The notes under the pieces are model-generated. The model was not told the origin of the DNA. It did not search any database and saw only the letters and a list, made by a program, of their open reading frames with translations. A stretch of 64,000 nucleotides of DNA from Mytilus edulis. Taxonomy: Eukaryota. Positions 25,569-40,700 of the stretch are shown here, piece by piece. The position numbers and the translations under genes are program-made. Numbering within the stretch: the stretch's first letter is position 1; every line of letters starts with the position of its first letter. The stretch spans positions 39,804,001 to 39,868,000 of the forward strand of contig NC_092353.1 in the NCBI RefSeq assembly GCF_963676685.1. The letters run 5' to 3'.

Positions 25569-28500
25569 TTATAATGTCCGAATAAACAATGCAGTATACT
25601 TGTTTTTTTTGTTTTTTTTTTTAAATGTATGCAAGCCAACCCTTTGATTGATTTATTGGTCCACATTTCACGTACACGGGACTGGTGGCTACGTGGAAAG
25701 AGCTAAACAAGATGATTTATCATTGATAGCGTCACAGATAGTAACACCTCACGGATCTACAATCTAGAATGGTTTCAATGTTTTCCCTCAAACTTTCATT
25801 ATTAAATTTGTGGTTACTAAAATAATCCGTAATATTATGATATAAAAAATTGTCATTGTTCCAAATTTTATCATTGTTTGGATAAAATTGAAATACACTA
25901 GCTTCATGGAAAAATTGATAGTTTATTCGAATGCGTCTTCAAAACACAATTAATGGATTTACCATATTACTTAACAGAAAAGCAGCATTTTAACTAATTA
26001 AATTGGTGTAAGCGATGAACTGTCTAAGGAAAAATCTTGCTTATGTTTGGTATGAAAAGGTCTAGTAGTTATATATCTGGTATAGGCATGATAATTCAAT
26101 TGTCCTGCCATTCCAAGAACTATCTTCATATATTGGTTACGAAATATGGCAGGGATCAATATTAAGAATCGAATAATAAACATAGAAAATCTTCGGGTTT
26201 TATAATCCTGCAATTCTATAAGAAAATATCTCTATCAAACCTAGGAATTATCTGTCAACAAGTGAATTTTCAAAGCACCAAGCTATAAGCAGATAAGAAG
26301 ATTTGCCACATTTAATATTAATATGTTGTGTACAAAAAATGCATGTTCGACTGGATGAACGTTTTGGGTAAATATAACGATTAGCTGTACGCAGAGTTTG
26401 TATCAAGTGGAAAAATGAGTAATTCCAAAGTCTTCAACAATAGACCGACACAATCTATACAATATGTCGGGCTCCAAATAGTCCCGAGTGCATACGAGCA
26501 CAAACACTTTAAAAAAACCCAATCAACAATCATCTATAAATATAAGTGTTGTTTTCCCGTTTCTACACAGAACTTCCTCGATGTATTCATTTCAAAGCAG
26601 GGACACTTTCAAAACGTCTTTCAATCATTACTTAAATCAGAGAAATCTTCAGTTAAACATATGGTAGCAATACACAGTTACAAGTTTAGTTTTTTTGGTC
26701 ATGGCGATTTTGTTTTAAATATGAAAGGTTTTGTACAATAAAATTGATTTTGAGATAGTTGAAGAATAATATAGCCTTCCGAGTGGGTTTATTTGAACAT
26801 TTAAATTGTATGAACATGTTTTACAGCGTCTGGCGTACTAAATTATAATCCTGGTACCTTTGATAACTATTTACAGGCCATTTGTTTGTTTGACAGTCCG
26901 TTTTTTCACATCCGTACCGCCCATAGGTCCAGAAATTAGTGTAGTGTTTTTCAACAAAGATTTGATCCTTGACCTTTTAATTACGTTTAATGGAAAAACG
27001 AGCAAAACTGCATGTTTTCTTGTGCCCTTTTGCTAAATAAATGTCTATGGTTTCAGGAGAGGTATCACTGTATTGGATTTAAATTTCTTCGTTTGACCAA
27101 TTTGTTTCAGACTTTTGTGGCATTTTCACCCTCCCATTTTTGGCAATAGTTTTATCAAATAAAAGCAGATTGTTGCCATGGTTACATCAAAAAGAGATTA
27201 TATTTCACCATTATAACTATTTGAAATAAAATATATGGAAGATGTTCTTTCCAACAATATACACATGCATAACACAAATATAAAGTATATTTCTTTTTAA
27301 AAAGGAAGGGAAAAGAAGTGGTTAGAAATGTTGAGTGTCAATTTGAAGTTTTTTGCTACCCATGATTGAAATACAATCCTAATGTAGTGTAATACCCATA
27401 CAAGACTAGGGCAGCTTGTTATAGATTAATATTTGCTGGAAAAACAAATTAAACAAGAATATGTCCATAATACACAGGTGTTCTATTCGCACTATCATTA
27501 TCTATGTTCAGTGGCCCGTGAAATTGGGAACAAAACTCTAATTTGGCATTAAACATTGTTAAAATTATCATAGGAAACATGTGTACTCGGTTTCACGTTG
27601 ATTGGACTTTTACTTCATTAAAAACTACCTTGCTCCAGGCAGTTCACAACAGATTGATCACGTTTTGAGTAATATTGACACATATAATGTTACTCTAGAA
27701 GTGATGAACGGTCTAGTTGATAAAAAAGTATAATAAACTTTTAGATACGACAGAAAGAATACTAACAAAAGACAAAAGAAACCGGTTCATCTTGACAGCA
27801 AAATAAACCATGGTTTGATAAAAATTGTAAAGACAAACGTTATGAGTTTCTTAAGGCTAGAAACTTGTATAACACAGTGAAATCAGGTGCTAATAAACTA
27901 GCAAAGAATAGTACAGTCAAGGAGTACCACAAACCACTTAACATTACGTATCATTGGTATAGAGAAAAACTGTTCTGATCAACTCGGATCATTATCGAAA
28001 AATTGCTGTAAGATATTTGGGAAGACACAAACAAAATAATATGAGTACAAAAAAGACAAACCCTCTATCTTCATTGGAGCAATCCATGAATATTTTAGAA
28101 TCATTAATGCAAGTGATGAAGATCATTTAACTGATATTGATATAAATGAGCTGTGGACCAACTTATAATGAACTTTTAAATGGAGTTATTTTTGTACATA
28201 AATGTGGCCGATAGTTTTCTCGTTTGAATTGTTTGACATTTGTCATTATAGGGGCCTTTTATAGCTGACTATTCGGTATGGGCTTTGTTCATTGTTGAAG
28301 GCCGTACGGTGTTAATTTCAGTGTCATTCGGTCTCTTGTGGAGAGTTGGCAACCACAACACATCTTCATTTTATCATTATAGAACAAGAGGTTGTGGATA
28401 CTTGAAACAAGATAAAGCTCTTGGTACAGACAGAATACTAAATTAGTTTTTGACAAACTTTTCATCATTGTGCTATGTATTTACACTAAGATTTTTAATG

Positions 28501-29620
28501 TGATATTGCATGCAGGGATTATCCCAGGCATAGATAACCTGATCCGTATTTGGCACAACGTTTTTGGAATTTTGATCATAAATGCTCTTCAACTTTGCAC
28601 TTGTTTGTCACTATAACTATGTTGATCTGAGTGTCCCTGGTAAGTCTTATGTAGACAAAACGCGCGTCTGGCGTATTAATTATTAGCCTGGTACCTAATT
28701 ATTCCTGAAAATTGGAGTGCAGGACGATTACATCACAATGGACTTGAGGTTTTTGAAGACTTTTCTTATTTATGTGTTATCTTTATATATAACAGTACTG
28801 TTTTAGATACAAAAACAAACTTATTGACTAAGCGCAAAAATCGATGCATTTTATATATCGAATGGTAAGAAACGAAAACATTACAATAAATTTGCAACTT
28901 AAATTTTTTGATTCTTTGATACACTCAATTCTTTATGGTTTTGAGGTTAGGTTTTGAGAATTTGAAAATAATTTAACAGATGCATTTGAAATTTTCCTAA
29001 AGAATTAGAAAAATTAGAAAAACTTAGCCTAAATTTGTGGTGTATGAAATATTTGGAAAATTTCCTTTGCCAATCGAGTTAGGTATAGACTGATTTCAAC
29101 GGTATACTACTGTTGCCTTTATTTATTAATACCACCTGACCGGAATCTCTGCTGGTAAACAATCTGTCCCCGAGGATTCTACAAGTCCATTAGCCTAACA
29201 GCATGAAAAATAGTAGAATATAAAATAAGGTTGTAAACAGGATTTGTTTTCTCTCTATCGATTTATGACTTTTGACAGCGGTATACTACTGTTGCTTTCA
29301 TCTATACCGGTGTAAAGTATTGAAAAAAGCAATGAACTCCGTAGAGTTAAGTACAGGCTGCTGCTTGAATAAACAAAATCACTGTTATTATGTTTCAAAA
29401 TTCAAAACACTGGGTTAGGATATCTTTTCACGAACCAGATTGCCTTTTGTGATAAAAAAAAAGATCAATATTGAGTGATCAGTTTTTACCTAATGGTTTG
29501 GAGATATAGCATATTCATCTCCAGGACAATATAATATTTGAAGGAAAACAAATGGATCAGACTATCTGAACAGACATTCTAATTCATCATAGATTCCAGG
29601 ATTGAAATTTTGCATTTGTG

Positions 29621-29664
29621 TCAGATGCGCGATTCGTCTACAAAAGACTCATCAGTGACGCTCG
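29621..29664 (-). ncRNA. Degenerate hammerhead motif (also 5122-5163 and 55037-55080 on -; 4146-4191, 16927-16972, 28629-28674, 54044-54089 on +)
   Basis: Minus strand reads gagcgtca-CTGATGA-gtc-ttttgta-gac-GAAT-cgcgcatc-tga; every copy has core substitutions. Confidence 0.5.
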
Positions 29665-31796
29665 AATAAAAAAAAGAAGAAAGGCTGTTAACAAGGACAT
29701 TGAGCTGATGTTTTCTAATCGAGACGGGATTCTGACAAAATGTACCTAGACCACGAAAAATACCAGCATGATTCAATTGGTAATTATAGGAACAATATCT
29801 ACCCAGATATTGTACTATTAATCCACAATACATCAATTGTCCATACTAGTAATTCGTAAGTCTATACATACGGCTTTAATTTTATAAAGAAAAATGCTTA
29901 TTTATTCTAAAATATCTACAAATTTATTTCTATCCGTTTAAAAGTACAGCATACATAATGCCTATTTTATTGTTTGATTGTTATACTTTGACCTCATGCA
30001 TTTATGTGTGCGTGTTATCAATAAATCTTGATAATTTTATTAACCAATCAAGGTGTCCTTTAAAGGGCAGATTAAATACAATATACTTATTCATAACATA
30101 ATAAGCAAAATAAACAATAATTAAAACATACTAATTTTTCATTAGATTATTAAATTGTGCTGATTGTATAGAAATAGAGAGAAAAACAATCATTCACATT
30201 GATGTTTATATATGTCGTGTACAAATTACGATTTTGTACATGTTATAACATGATAAAATATATTGTACATGATATAAATTGCACAATCCAAGTAAGAAGG
30301 TGGACATAATTAAGAGGATGTCACAGGCTGTACTGTACATGGTATAATATGACCAAAAGTACCTCGTATATGTTATAACATGTACATGTACAACATATTG
30401 CTACAAAATGGTTTTAACTTGTACACATGTTATAGTTTAGAGATATGGTTCTATCATTGCAACATTATATCGCATGTTATTAACCTCAATAATAGTTTCA
30501 TCATTTAGTGTGTTTGTTCCCTTTCTTTATATAATCAATGACAAGTTTAATAGTTTTTATAATTTCTTTATACCTTTTGTAACACATACGCAGTCAAAAC
30601 ACTATTCAGTATTTTAATCTGATGAATTATAATGGTGAATCTACACTTCGAAGGCAATGAAAAATATCTGCATAATACTTAACACTTAAGATGCAAGAAG
30701 GTAGCCATTTCAAGGAAAATGTCTCTACACACAATACCCTGTTTTCAAAGTAGATGATATATATTTAGAACATCAAAATGCCATTCGCCTCATGTAATGA
30801 TGTTATTAGTTATCACAATCAATAATTTGATTCATAATATTTGCATTAGTTATGCTGGAAGCCCAAAATGCTGAAGAGCAGATTCAACAACTGCAAAGAT
30901 ATTCATAATTAGGCACGATGCAGTAAAAACATTTCCTTTCTCTGGATTTTATATAGTATGCATAGGTGACATTGCTATAATTTCTTGCATGCTTGACAAA
31001 AAAGAGGGGGAGGAGTATTATCAAAATTGTAAAGGCATTGTTCTTAAAAAGTATAGACGAACCAGTTATCGGTTTAATGGGTCATTGTGAAAATGCATGA
31101 AACTATCAAACAGCGTCAGGACTATACGGCACGGGCATTGCCCATTGTTGAAGGCCGTACTGTGACCTGTAGTTGTTACTTTCTGTGTCATTTGGTCTCT
31201 TCTGAAGAGTTGTCTCATTGACAATCATACCATATCTTCTTTTTTATAATCACACTGCTGTAAGATATGGTGGACTGCATAAAACATAAAATGACATGAA
31301 AGCACATGCCAACATAAGCCATGAAGCGATAAAAAAACATTTCTGAAACTTTGTGATCACAGTTCTCTAAAGAAAAACGTTCTTTGCTTTTAATTATTGT
31401 TCTTTATTATTCAATAAATTTCAAATGTATATTCTGTTTTACTCAAATTTATTTTATAAGTTTTGTACAAGTTAAAACTATTTTAAGCAATATTTAGTAC
31501 ATGTTATAACATGACGAAAATTGTCATCCACCCCACGTATTATCAGTTCTTGCTATTATTCGTCAAACTGATAGCCGACAATAAATCACTAAATTCAAAC
31601 TATAAACTGTGTTAAGCAGTAATTTAAAGTATCTCCAGCTTTTGTCCAGAGTCTATAAATTTCAATTTTAAGTGTTTATAGGTGACTAAGAAATACACAA
31701 GTGTCATGCACAACGTGCAAGTTTCATTTTACACCATGCATAAAAAGCTTAATATTTTAAAGTTTGTCACTAATCGGACATCTAGGAAAAAGAAAG

Positions 31797-34700
31797 ATGG
31801 GAGTCTTAGTACTTGTATTTACACTGATTGTAGCTGGTATGTTTTTGATAGAACTTGTTTAATCTATTGTTTCTTTATTCATTCATTCTAGTCTATTGAT
31901 GAAATCTATTCATATGATGAAATCATAATCTTTCAGTCAGTTTAATTGAAGTCTGGAGCTGGCATGTCAGTTAACTGCTAGTAGTCTGTTGTTATTTATG
32001 TATTATTGTCATTTTGTTTATTTTCTTTGGTTACATCTTCTGACATCAGACTCGAACTTCTCTTGAACTGAATTTTAATGTGCGTATTGTTATGCGTTTA
32101 CTTTTTTACATTGGCTAGAGGTATAGGGGGAGGGTTGAGATCTCACAAACATGTTTAACCCCGCCGCATTTTTGCGCCTGTCCCAGGTCAGGAGCCTCTG
32201 GCCTTTGTTAGTCTTGTATAATTTTAATTTTAGTTTCTTGTGTACAATTTGGAAATTAGTATGGCGTTCATTATCACTGAACTAGTATATATTTGTTTAG
32301 GGGCCAGCTGAAGGACGCCTCCGGTGCTGGAATTTTTCGCTAGATTGAAGACCTGTTGGTGACCTTCTGCTGTTGTTTTTTTCTATGGTCGGGTTGTTGT
32401 CTGTTTGGCACATTCCCCATTTCCATTCTCAATTTTATTACATTTGTTTTGGTGCTTCATATATATACGTTTGTTTATGTTACCCGAATATATTCAAAAA
32501 GCTCTAAAATTAGGTCATTTCATTCATTGATATGAAAATGTTTGATGGAATTTATACATTTATAAAATAGACAGATTACATTAAGGATGCGTGATTTTGC
32601 CTTATGACGTATAATAATCATATAATGTGGGCTAAAATGAGAACAAGGCCACTTGTTGGTGTATTTGTATGTGATATGGTGCATATATAATTAATTTGTC
32701 TAACGTTGTTTAAAGTTATCCTGTTACCTCTACAAACTACTTTTGGAATCAAGTATTATTCTAATAAAATAAATTATAAATATTATTAATTTTACAAAAA
32801 TGACTAACACACTGTAAATTGTCATTGCGCGTTGTGTCTTTTTGATTTGATGTACATAAAAGAGGGACGAAAGATACCAAAGGGACAGTCAAACTCATAA
32901 ATCTAAAACAAACTGACAACGCCATGGCTAACAATGAAAAAGACAAACAGAAAACAATAGTACACATGACACAACATAAAAAACTAAAGAATAAACAACA
33001 CGAACCCCACCAAAAACTAGGGGTGATCTCAGGTGCTCCGGAAGGGTAAGCAGATCCTGCTCCACATGCGGCACCCGTCGTGTTGCTTATGTGATAACAA
33101 ATCCTGTAAATAGTCTAATTCGGTAGGTCACATTCAGGAAAGGGAAGGGGATTGTAGTTACGACGTAAGGAACATATCCGATATCATTTGTGATACGGTT
33201 ATTCCATAACGGTCAACCAACTCGTGATGGCGTCCGTAAAATTTACGAAGGGATGATTTCAACTTAACCATTTGGAACTCTTGGTTTAATAGCTTCCTTG
33301 TGAGCAGCAACCCTCTATCAATAAAATCATGATAGGAAATGCAAGCACGGGAATATCGTATCAATTGGGAGATATATACCCCGTATGCAGGTGCTGCTGG
33401 AATGTTGCTACTTAGAAATGGAAAGTTCACAATTGGAAAGCTGAAATCATCTCTTTTGTCGTAAAGTTTTGTTTTCAACCGACCCTCATTGTCAATTTCT
33501 AGATGTAAGTCAAGATATGAGGCCGACTTAACTGTATCTGTAGTATCCTTTATCTCTAGCTCGATTGGATAGATGCGTTCCACATAGTCACCAAATTTTG
33601 AATTATTTAGTGAAAGAACATCATCTATATAGCGAAACGTAGAGTTAAAGGATAGTGCTAACTTCTTATCTTTCTTCCTAAGAAGTTCCTGCATGAAGTC
33701 AGCCTCATAATGATAAAGAAACAAGTCGGCAAGTAGAGGGGCACAGTTTGTTCCCATTGGAATGCCGACAGTCTGTTGAAAAACACGTCCTTCGAACGTA
33801 ACAAATATGTTGTCAATCAAGAAATCAAGCATCTTGATAATATCAGTTTCAGAGAATTTCTTGTTCGAATCAGAGTGATCCTTTACAAAGTAGGATTTAT
33901 CCCTCCCTAAGACAAGATAATTTATCGCATTTCTTACTTTTTATTTATTATTACAGCCTCTGCTGTTGACATATGGCAACCAGCGAAAGAACTCATAGAA
34001 AGTGTAGAAAGGGGAGACAAATGGCCGGTAAGCTTTCTTGTTTGTAAATAACTGGGTATAATTTTGAGGACAGTTGTTTCGTTGACAATCTTGCAACATC
34101 TCTTATTTTTTTTTATAAAGAGATAGAGACAATTTTCCCTGTATTTGGTTCAATCCAAGGGTCGAAGTCTAAAAAAGGTGTCACATTCTTAACTATTCAT
34201 ATAGTATTAAATTATAAACAGTCATTTCGGTGCCATTTATAGCTGACTATGCGGTATGGGCTTTGTAAATTGTTCAAAGTCGTAATGTGACCTATATATA
34301 CCAGTAGTAGTTAATGTCTGTGGCATTTGGTCTCAAATGTTGCATCGGAGGACATCGCTTTTTATAACTACAGATTGTAAAAATTGAAAGTCTTTTGGAA
34401 AATTGATCCTGATGTGAAAAAACCCCAGAAATAATTGGTATTTCTCTTTGCAACTGTTGGATGGGGTTTACAAATTGGTTTTAAAAAGGACAAAAACAAA
34501 TAAAAAATAGGCCCAAAATCAAGAATAGAGAATAATGGGGTGCTAAAACATAACGAAATAATTATAATGAGCAAACATAGAAAAGATAGATTAAAATGAC
34601 CTTAAGAATGAGAAAGAATTTGGCACATAAAGCCGAACTTTATTATGTCTTGACAGAAAGGAATAGTATGTGTATTTACATGTTGACAACCCTCCGATTG

Positions 34701-37700
34701 TTCCGACAACTAATGTATAAATAGATATTCTTATTATATAATTTTTGAAATGTTATTATTATGATTATAAATTTTGATATTTTTTCATTATTATTACAAA
34801 TTTTGATATTTTATCATTATTATTACAAATTTTGATATCTTATTGTTATGATAAATTTTCATATTTTATTATTATCATCATAAATTTTGATAATTTATTA
34901 TTATTATCATAAAAAAATGACCTTAGAAATGTGAAGGAATTTGGCACATAATTCCGCACTTTATTATATCCGGACAGAAAGGCATACATAGTTTGTGTAT
35001 TCACATCTTGACAACCCTCCGAATGTTCCTACAACTAATGCATAAATAGTTATAATTATTATTCTAGGTCGATGACGGTAAAGGGAAAATCGTCGGTGGT
35101 GAAGATACAACAATTTCCCAGCACCCTCATCAAGTGTCCCTACAAAGAAGTAATAGCCATATTTGTGGAGGTGCCATTGTGAATGCTGACTGGATTGTAA
35201 CGGCTGCACATTGTGTCGACAGTTCTAGACCGTAAGTGTATAGATATATTGTGATAACACGACAATTCTGAACCTTAATGCCCACATCAATATCTACTAA
35301 TATATCATTAAAGTAATGAAGAACTTAACATTGAATGACTGCAAGGCGGGTGGATAGTCAATTGCATTTTTTTCAGAAAAAAAATAACATCTTTATATCT
35401 GATTTAGCGCTTTCATTTTCTGAGTATCGGTTTACACTAAATCTTTCTTGACATTCTTTTAAAACCGTTTCCAAACGGATTATATTTGGGTTTTTCGGTC
35501 TCCATGATTTTTATTTTATAGTGTCAAACCTTCTGAAGTAATCACTTGTATTTAGTAAAACCCTTCGTTATAAGACTATTAGTTGTAGGTCCCTTTGTAG
35601 TGTGTGTTTTTTTTTTTTTTTTTTTTTAATATTAAACATATTTTATTAACAATCACCTGTTACATCAACCCTCAGTTGCCCAGGGAAGCAACTAAGGGGG
35701 CCCCAATTTTTACAGTCTCATTTGTCGGGGAAAAGCAAATGAGAAAAAAACTCCCACTATAAATTATTAACATCAACCTTTATAAATATTATCTATCCTT
35801 GTACAAATGTACATGTACCTGCAATCAATATCGATCTATATATCTATACATATCACCATATATAATTATTTGAAAAAAAGTTTGTTTTTTATCTTCATTT
35901 ATTTCTCACAAAGGCTACCTGTATTTATTAAGCAGTTTCAATTTTATCGTACATCAAGTCTTTTGTTATGTTAATTTCGATTACATTAAATTTATGGTCG
36001 AGTGATCATTTACCACGTGCGATTTGTTAAAGGGATGTGTAGTTCATTCATAAAAAAAATGGATTAATGATTTTGATTCCCAATAAGGATTAATATCAAA
36101 GATATGGTGAGTAAATATTTGTTTATAATATGAACCTGTTGATACAACATGTCTTATTACAATTAGATGATATACATAAATATAAACACAACAGAAATTA
36201 CATTTAGGGAGTTGCGAGCAGTTTACATATTATTATTCAATCAGTATCAAAGAGGTCATTGAACTGACCTGACCATGCAAAATATATATTTATATACAAA
36301 AAATGTCACACATAGTAGAAAAGGCTTCGATTTTCGTATTCGGTTTAAAATATTTGAGCAGAAATTGCATTTCATGTTTTATCATATTTAAAATCACCAA
36401 TTTACTTATCCCTTTCTTTTGATATTTTGCGATATTTCTAGTTTTCCAGATAACCCATTTCGTGATTAAAAGCACCGTATCTAAAATTTGGGTATAAGAT
36501 GCATCTGCATTAATGACCCCAAAAATTATACTTGTTTCCGATTTTTGTAATTTTTGGATATTTAATTTTGAACAAAATTCCCTTATTTTCTCAAAAATTT
36601 CCCGCCAAACGTCTTCCACCAGTTTACAATAAATGAAAAGATGAAATAGTGATTCTTTTTCATTGCAAAAGTGACACTTCCCGTTTGAGCGATTCATTTT
36701 TTGTAACTTTTCTTCAGTGTAAATTATATTATGTAGTAACTTCCATTGAAATTGTTTAATTTTCCTGTTAGCTAAATTCTTATTCAAAGTTTCCCAAATG
36801 TAATCCCATGGTAGTTCATTCCCAAAATGTAAATTCCACTTCAACTGACTATTTGGAGCTGTTTTATTCTCATAAAAGTATCTAATATCTTTAAGGCATA
36901 ATTTTTTGGCATCAACGACAACTCCATTTTTTATAAATTGACAAGAATTTATTATTTTTATAGGTCCATCAGAATGACTATGTATACTAGAGTCTGTTTT
37001 TAAAACGTCAATTTGTTGAGGTGTTAACGAAGATTTAATGCGGCTATATTGTGCAATCCAATTCCTTTTATCTTTAAGACTGTTAAAAATATCAAGGGAT
37101 GTTTTAAAGGATTTATTGTTTAAGTCCCATATATCTTTAATTTTTTTTATTCCACTGGAGGCAAAATTTGCATAATATAATGCATGTCCCTTGAACTTCA
37201 ATTTTCAATTGCCGAAAATATTTTCTTCTAAAAGGTCCTCTTTCGTGACCGATTTTTGGATTTTCTGTAAGTCAGTCCAGGAAATTAAAAGTTCTTTATA
37301 ATATTTGGACATTTGTATTTGCTTAAAACATGAAGTGTCCGAACAAGAACATATAAAAAAGTCTGTATCATATTTTTCGTCTAGTGACGTTAACCAGTAT
37401 TTTCCTATTGCATTCCATTTTTGTGTTTTTGAGTTGACAATACTGTACATACTTTTCACTTGTTTTGATTTAATAAAGTCCCTTAAGTTTATCATTCCTA
37501 TCCCCCCTTTTTCTTTCGGTAAACAGCACACTGTTCTAGCGACTTGGTTTGTTTTCCCATCCCATATAAAGGACCATATACTATTATTTATTTGTTTTTC
37601 GTATATATCCGGGATACCTCTCATTTCAATTTCGTATCCAATGACGGACAGTACAAAGGATTTAATAAATGTGAGATCTCTTGATTTCCAAACTTCCATA

Positions 37701-40700
37701 CAGCTTTTTATTTTATTTATTTTTTCTAACCAAATTTGATCTAAGTCCACCCCGTATCCATGTAGTACCCCTAATGTTTTCACAGGACGCTTAGACCTTT
37801 TAATTTTGTTAAATTTTGGTTTTTTATTTCGCCCCTTGCCTAAATACATGCCATATGTCTTATCCATATTCATTTTAGCCCCCGAAGCATTTTCGTACAG
37901 TTTTAAAGTTTTAAATGTTTCTTCGATAGACTCCTCGCTTTTATTAAAGAGTTGAGTATCGTCAGCAAACATATTTAGCTTTGTTTCAATAAAGTCCCCA
38001 GTTCTAGTAGGAAGTTTTATTCCTTTTATATTAGGATTGTTTCTAATTGATGCTGCAAGTGGTTCTGCTTGCAGGATATATAACATCGGGGCTATTGGCA
38101 TCCTTGACGAATTGAACGGGCTATGCCTACGAATCTAGAAGTAAACCCATTCGTATGAATGCACGTCTTAGCGTTAATGAAAAGCATTTTTACCCAACTC
38201 CTGAATTTTTCCCCAAACCCAAATTTGAATAAGCAAAAATCGATCCATTCCCATTCCGCCCTATCAAATGCTTTTTGTTAATCTAAAAATAATATCGCAC
38301 CCTCCTCATCTTCTAATTCACAAAAATCTATAACATCTTGTAATAATCTGTTGCCTTGAAAAATGTTGCGCCCTTTGACAAACCCTTTTTGATCGAAATC
38401 AATTATTTGCGGTAATACATTTTTTAACCTTTCCGCGAGTACTTTGGAAATAATTTTATAGTCCGTGTTCAAGAGCGTTATAGGACGCCAATTTTTTATG
38501 TTTTCTCTCTCCCCAGACTTTTATTGTCTACCATACCATTGACATTTAAACTAACAATAGATATAGACATAATACATAGTTATATAGTGAAATAATGCTT
38601 TCTTTAGTTCATTCATTTTACGTGCTATATAATATATATATAATTCCATTCTCAATTTTATTTTTATTAAACATAAGCGTTATCATACCTCTGTATTGAG
38701 ATTCAGAGAGCAAATTGTTGTCAAAAATTTCCTTAATAACCGCCCCGAAGTCGTCACTTATCAAATACCAATACGTTTTGTAAAATTCATTCACAATTCC
38801 GTCTTCCCCAGGAGATTTATCAAGTTTCAAAATTTTAACGGCCTTACTTATTTCATCTAAAGATATTTCCATTTCACAAATTTTTTTATTTTCCTCACTT
38901 AGTTTATGATCTATATTTTGTAATAGATTTTCTGCAGCATCCCTATCCCAACCCTCGGATGTAAATAATTGTTTGTAAAAAGACACTTGTTCTTCTAAAA
39001 TAGATTCTATATCGTCCTTATACCTTCCGTCTGAACCTTTTATTCTAGTCCATAATTTTTCAGCACCCCTCTTTTTTCGAGTTTAAAGAAGTACCCTGTT
39101 GATTTTTCGCCTTTCTCGTACCAGTTAACCTTAGACCTAATTCTGACTGCCTCGGCTTTTTGTGCATAATAATCTTTAATTTTTACTTTCAAATTATTTA
39201 ATTCGTTTTCATTATTGATAGGATGGGTTCCCGTAATATTATCTGACCTTTTTTCCCACTCCCTTATTTGTTTTTCTGTTATGTTTAATTGCTTTGCAAC
39301 TTCTATAGTTATACTTTTTATCTTTATCTTAGTTTCCTCCCACCATTCTAGATTATTTTCGAAATGATTTTTTTTTAATTTCCAGTTCCCCCAAAAGCTT
39401 TCGAACGTATTTCTAAATAAATCCGATTGAATAACTGATGAGTTCATTTTCCACGTTCCGGGACCGCGTTCTGGTTCATTCGTTTTTAATTTCATGAACA
39501 CACCGTCATGGTCACTGAACGGAAAATAAACTAATTTTACCTGTTGTGATTTATATTGAAGTTCACTACTTATAAATATATAATCAATTCGTGACCTTGA
39601 ATTACCCCGGCAAAAAGTATATTGTTTTTCTTTAGGGTATCGCTTTCTCCACACGTCTATTAACTCATTATGTTCAACAAAAGTTTTTAATTAATGTGAT
39701 CCTATGTCGTCTCGTAAAGGCACTGGTTTTCGATCTAAATTTTTAATAAGAGCACAATTAAAATCTCCAAGAACGATATTTCTATTATTGTTATCAATAA
39801 GTATGTCTTTTTCAAAAAATGATTTTCTGTCACCCGCCAGATTAGGAGCATAAATATTGTAAATAAAAATCCATTTATTACCTGGGGTTTTAACATGCAC
39901 CGAAATTGTTCTACCAATACTATCCCGTCCGGTTTCAGTAATTTCAAATTTTAATTTTTCAGAAAAAAAAATAGCTACCCCTTTTGAATTACTTGATCCA
40001 TGATTCCAAAAACTCTCCCTCTTCCATTCATTTTTCCATTTCGTTTCGACATCGCTAGAGCTATGTGTTTCTTGTAAGCATATTACATCAATGTTTTTCT
40101 TTTTACACCAATAAAAAACGGCATTTCGTTTTTCGTTTTTTATTGTCTACCATACCATTGACATTTAAACTAACAATAGATATAGACATAATACATAGTT
40201 ATATAGTGAAATAATGCTTTCTTTAGTTCATTCATTTTACGTGCTATATAATATATATATAAAAAAAATATTTATACACAAATATATGAATAGAAAGTCT
40301 CAACAAATTTACAATCGTAATATTCTTTTCTTGGATATGACACCGTCACAGTTGACTGGGGTGAGCATACACCCGTAACCGTTATTTCAACTATAATTAA
40401 GTAAACCACTTTATTCATTTTTCCAACTTGTGAACTAGGCCGACACCCACATGGGTTACTAAAAATAATCATGGAAATTTTGTTTTCTTCGATCAAAACT
40501 GAAAGTAAACATGTTGTATACTTTACTTTTTCATGTTTTTGACAAACATTTGCAGTTTCATCGTGTAAGTAACGTTAGTGAACATACACAAGTTACAACA
40601 ATTCATTGAAATATTAATCAATTTTACATTATAGGGTCGTAGTACATGACATAGCCCACGTGTGTCCATGTAAATAAAGATAAACATAGGAATTTGTAGT

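Noticed and set aside
32860-32930. Possible hammerhead at the PLE 3' end (acgaaa, ttatgag)
   Set aside because: The two core-like elements lie on opposite strands and cannot be folded into one motif.
37305-37739. 144-aa plus-strand ORF
   Set aside because: Antisense shadow of the LINE RT frame.
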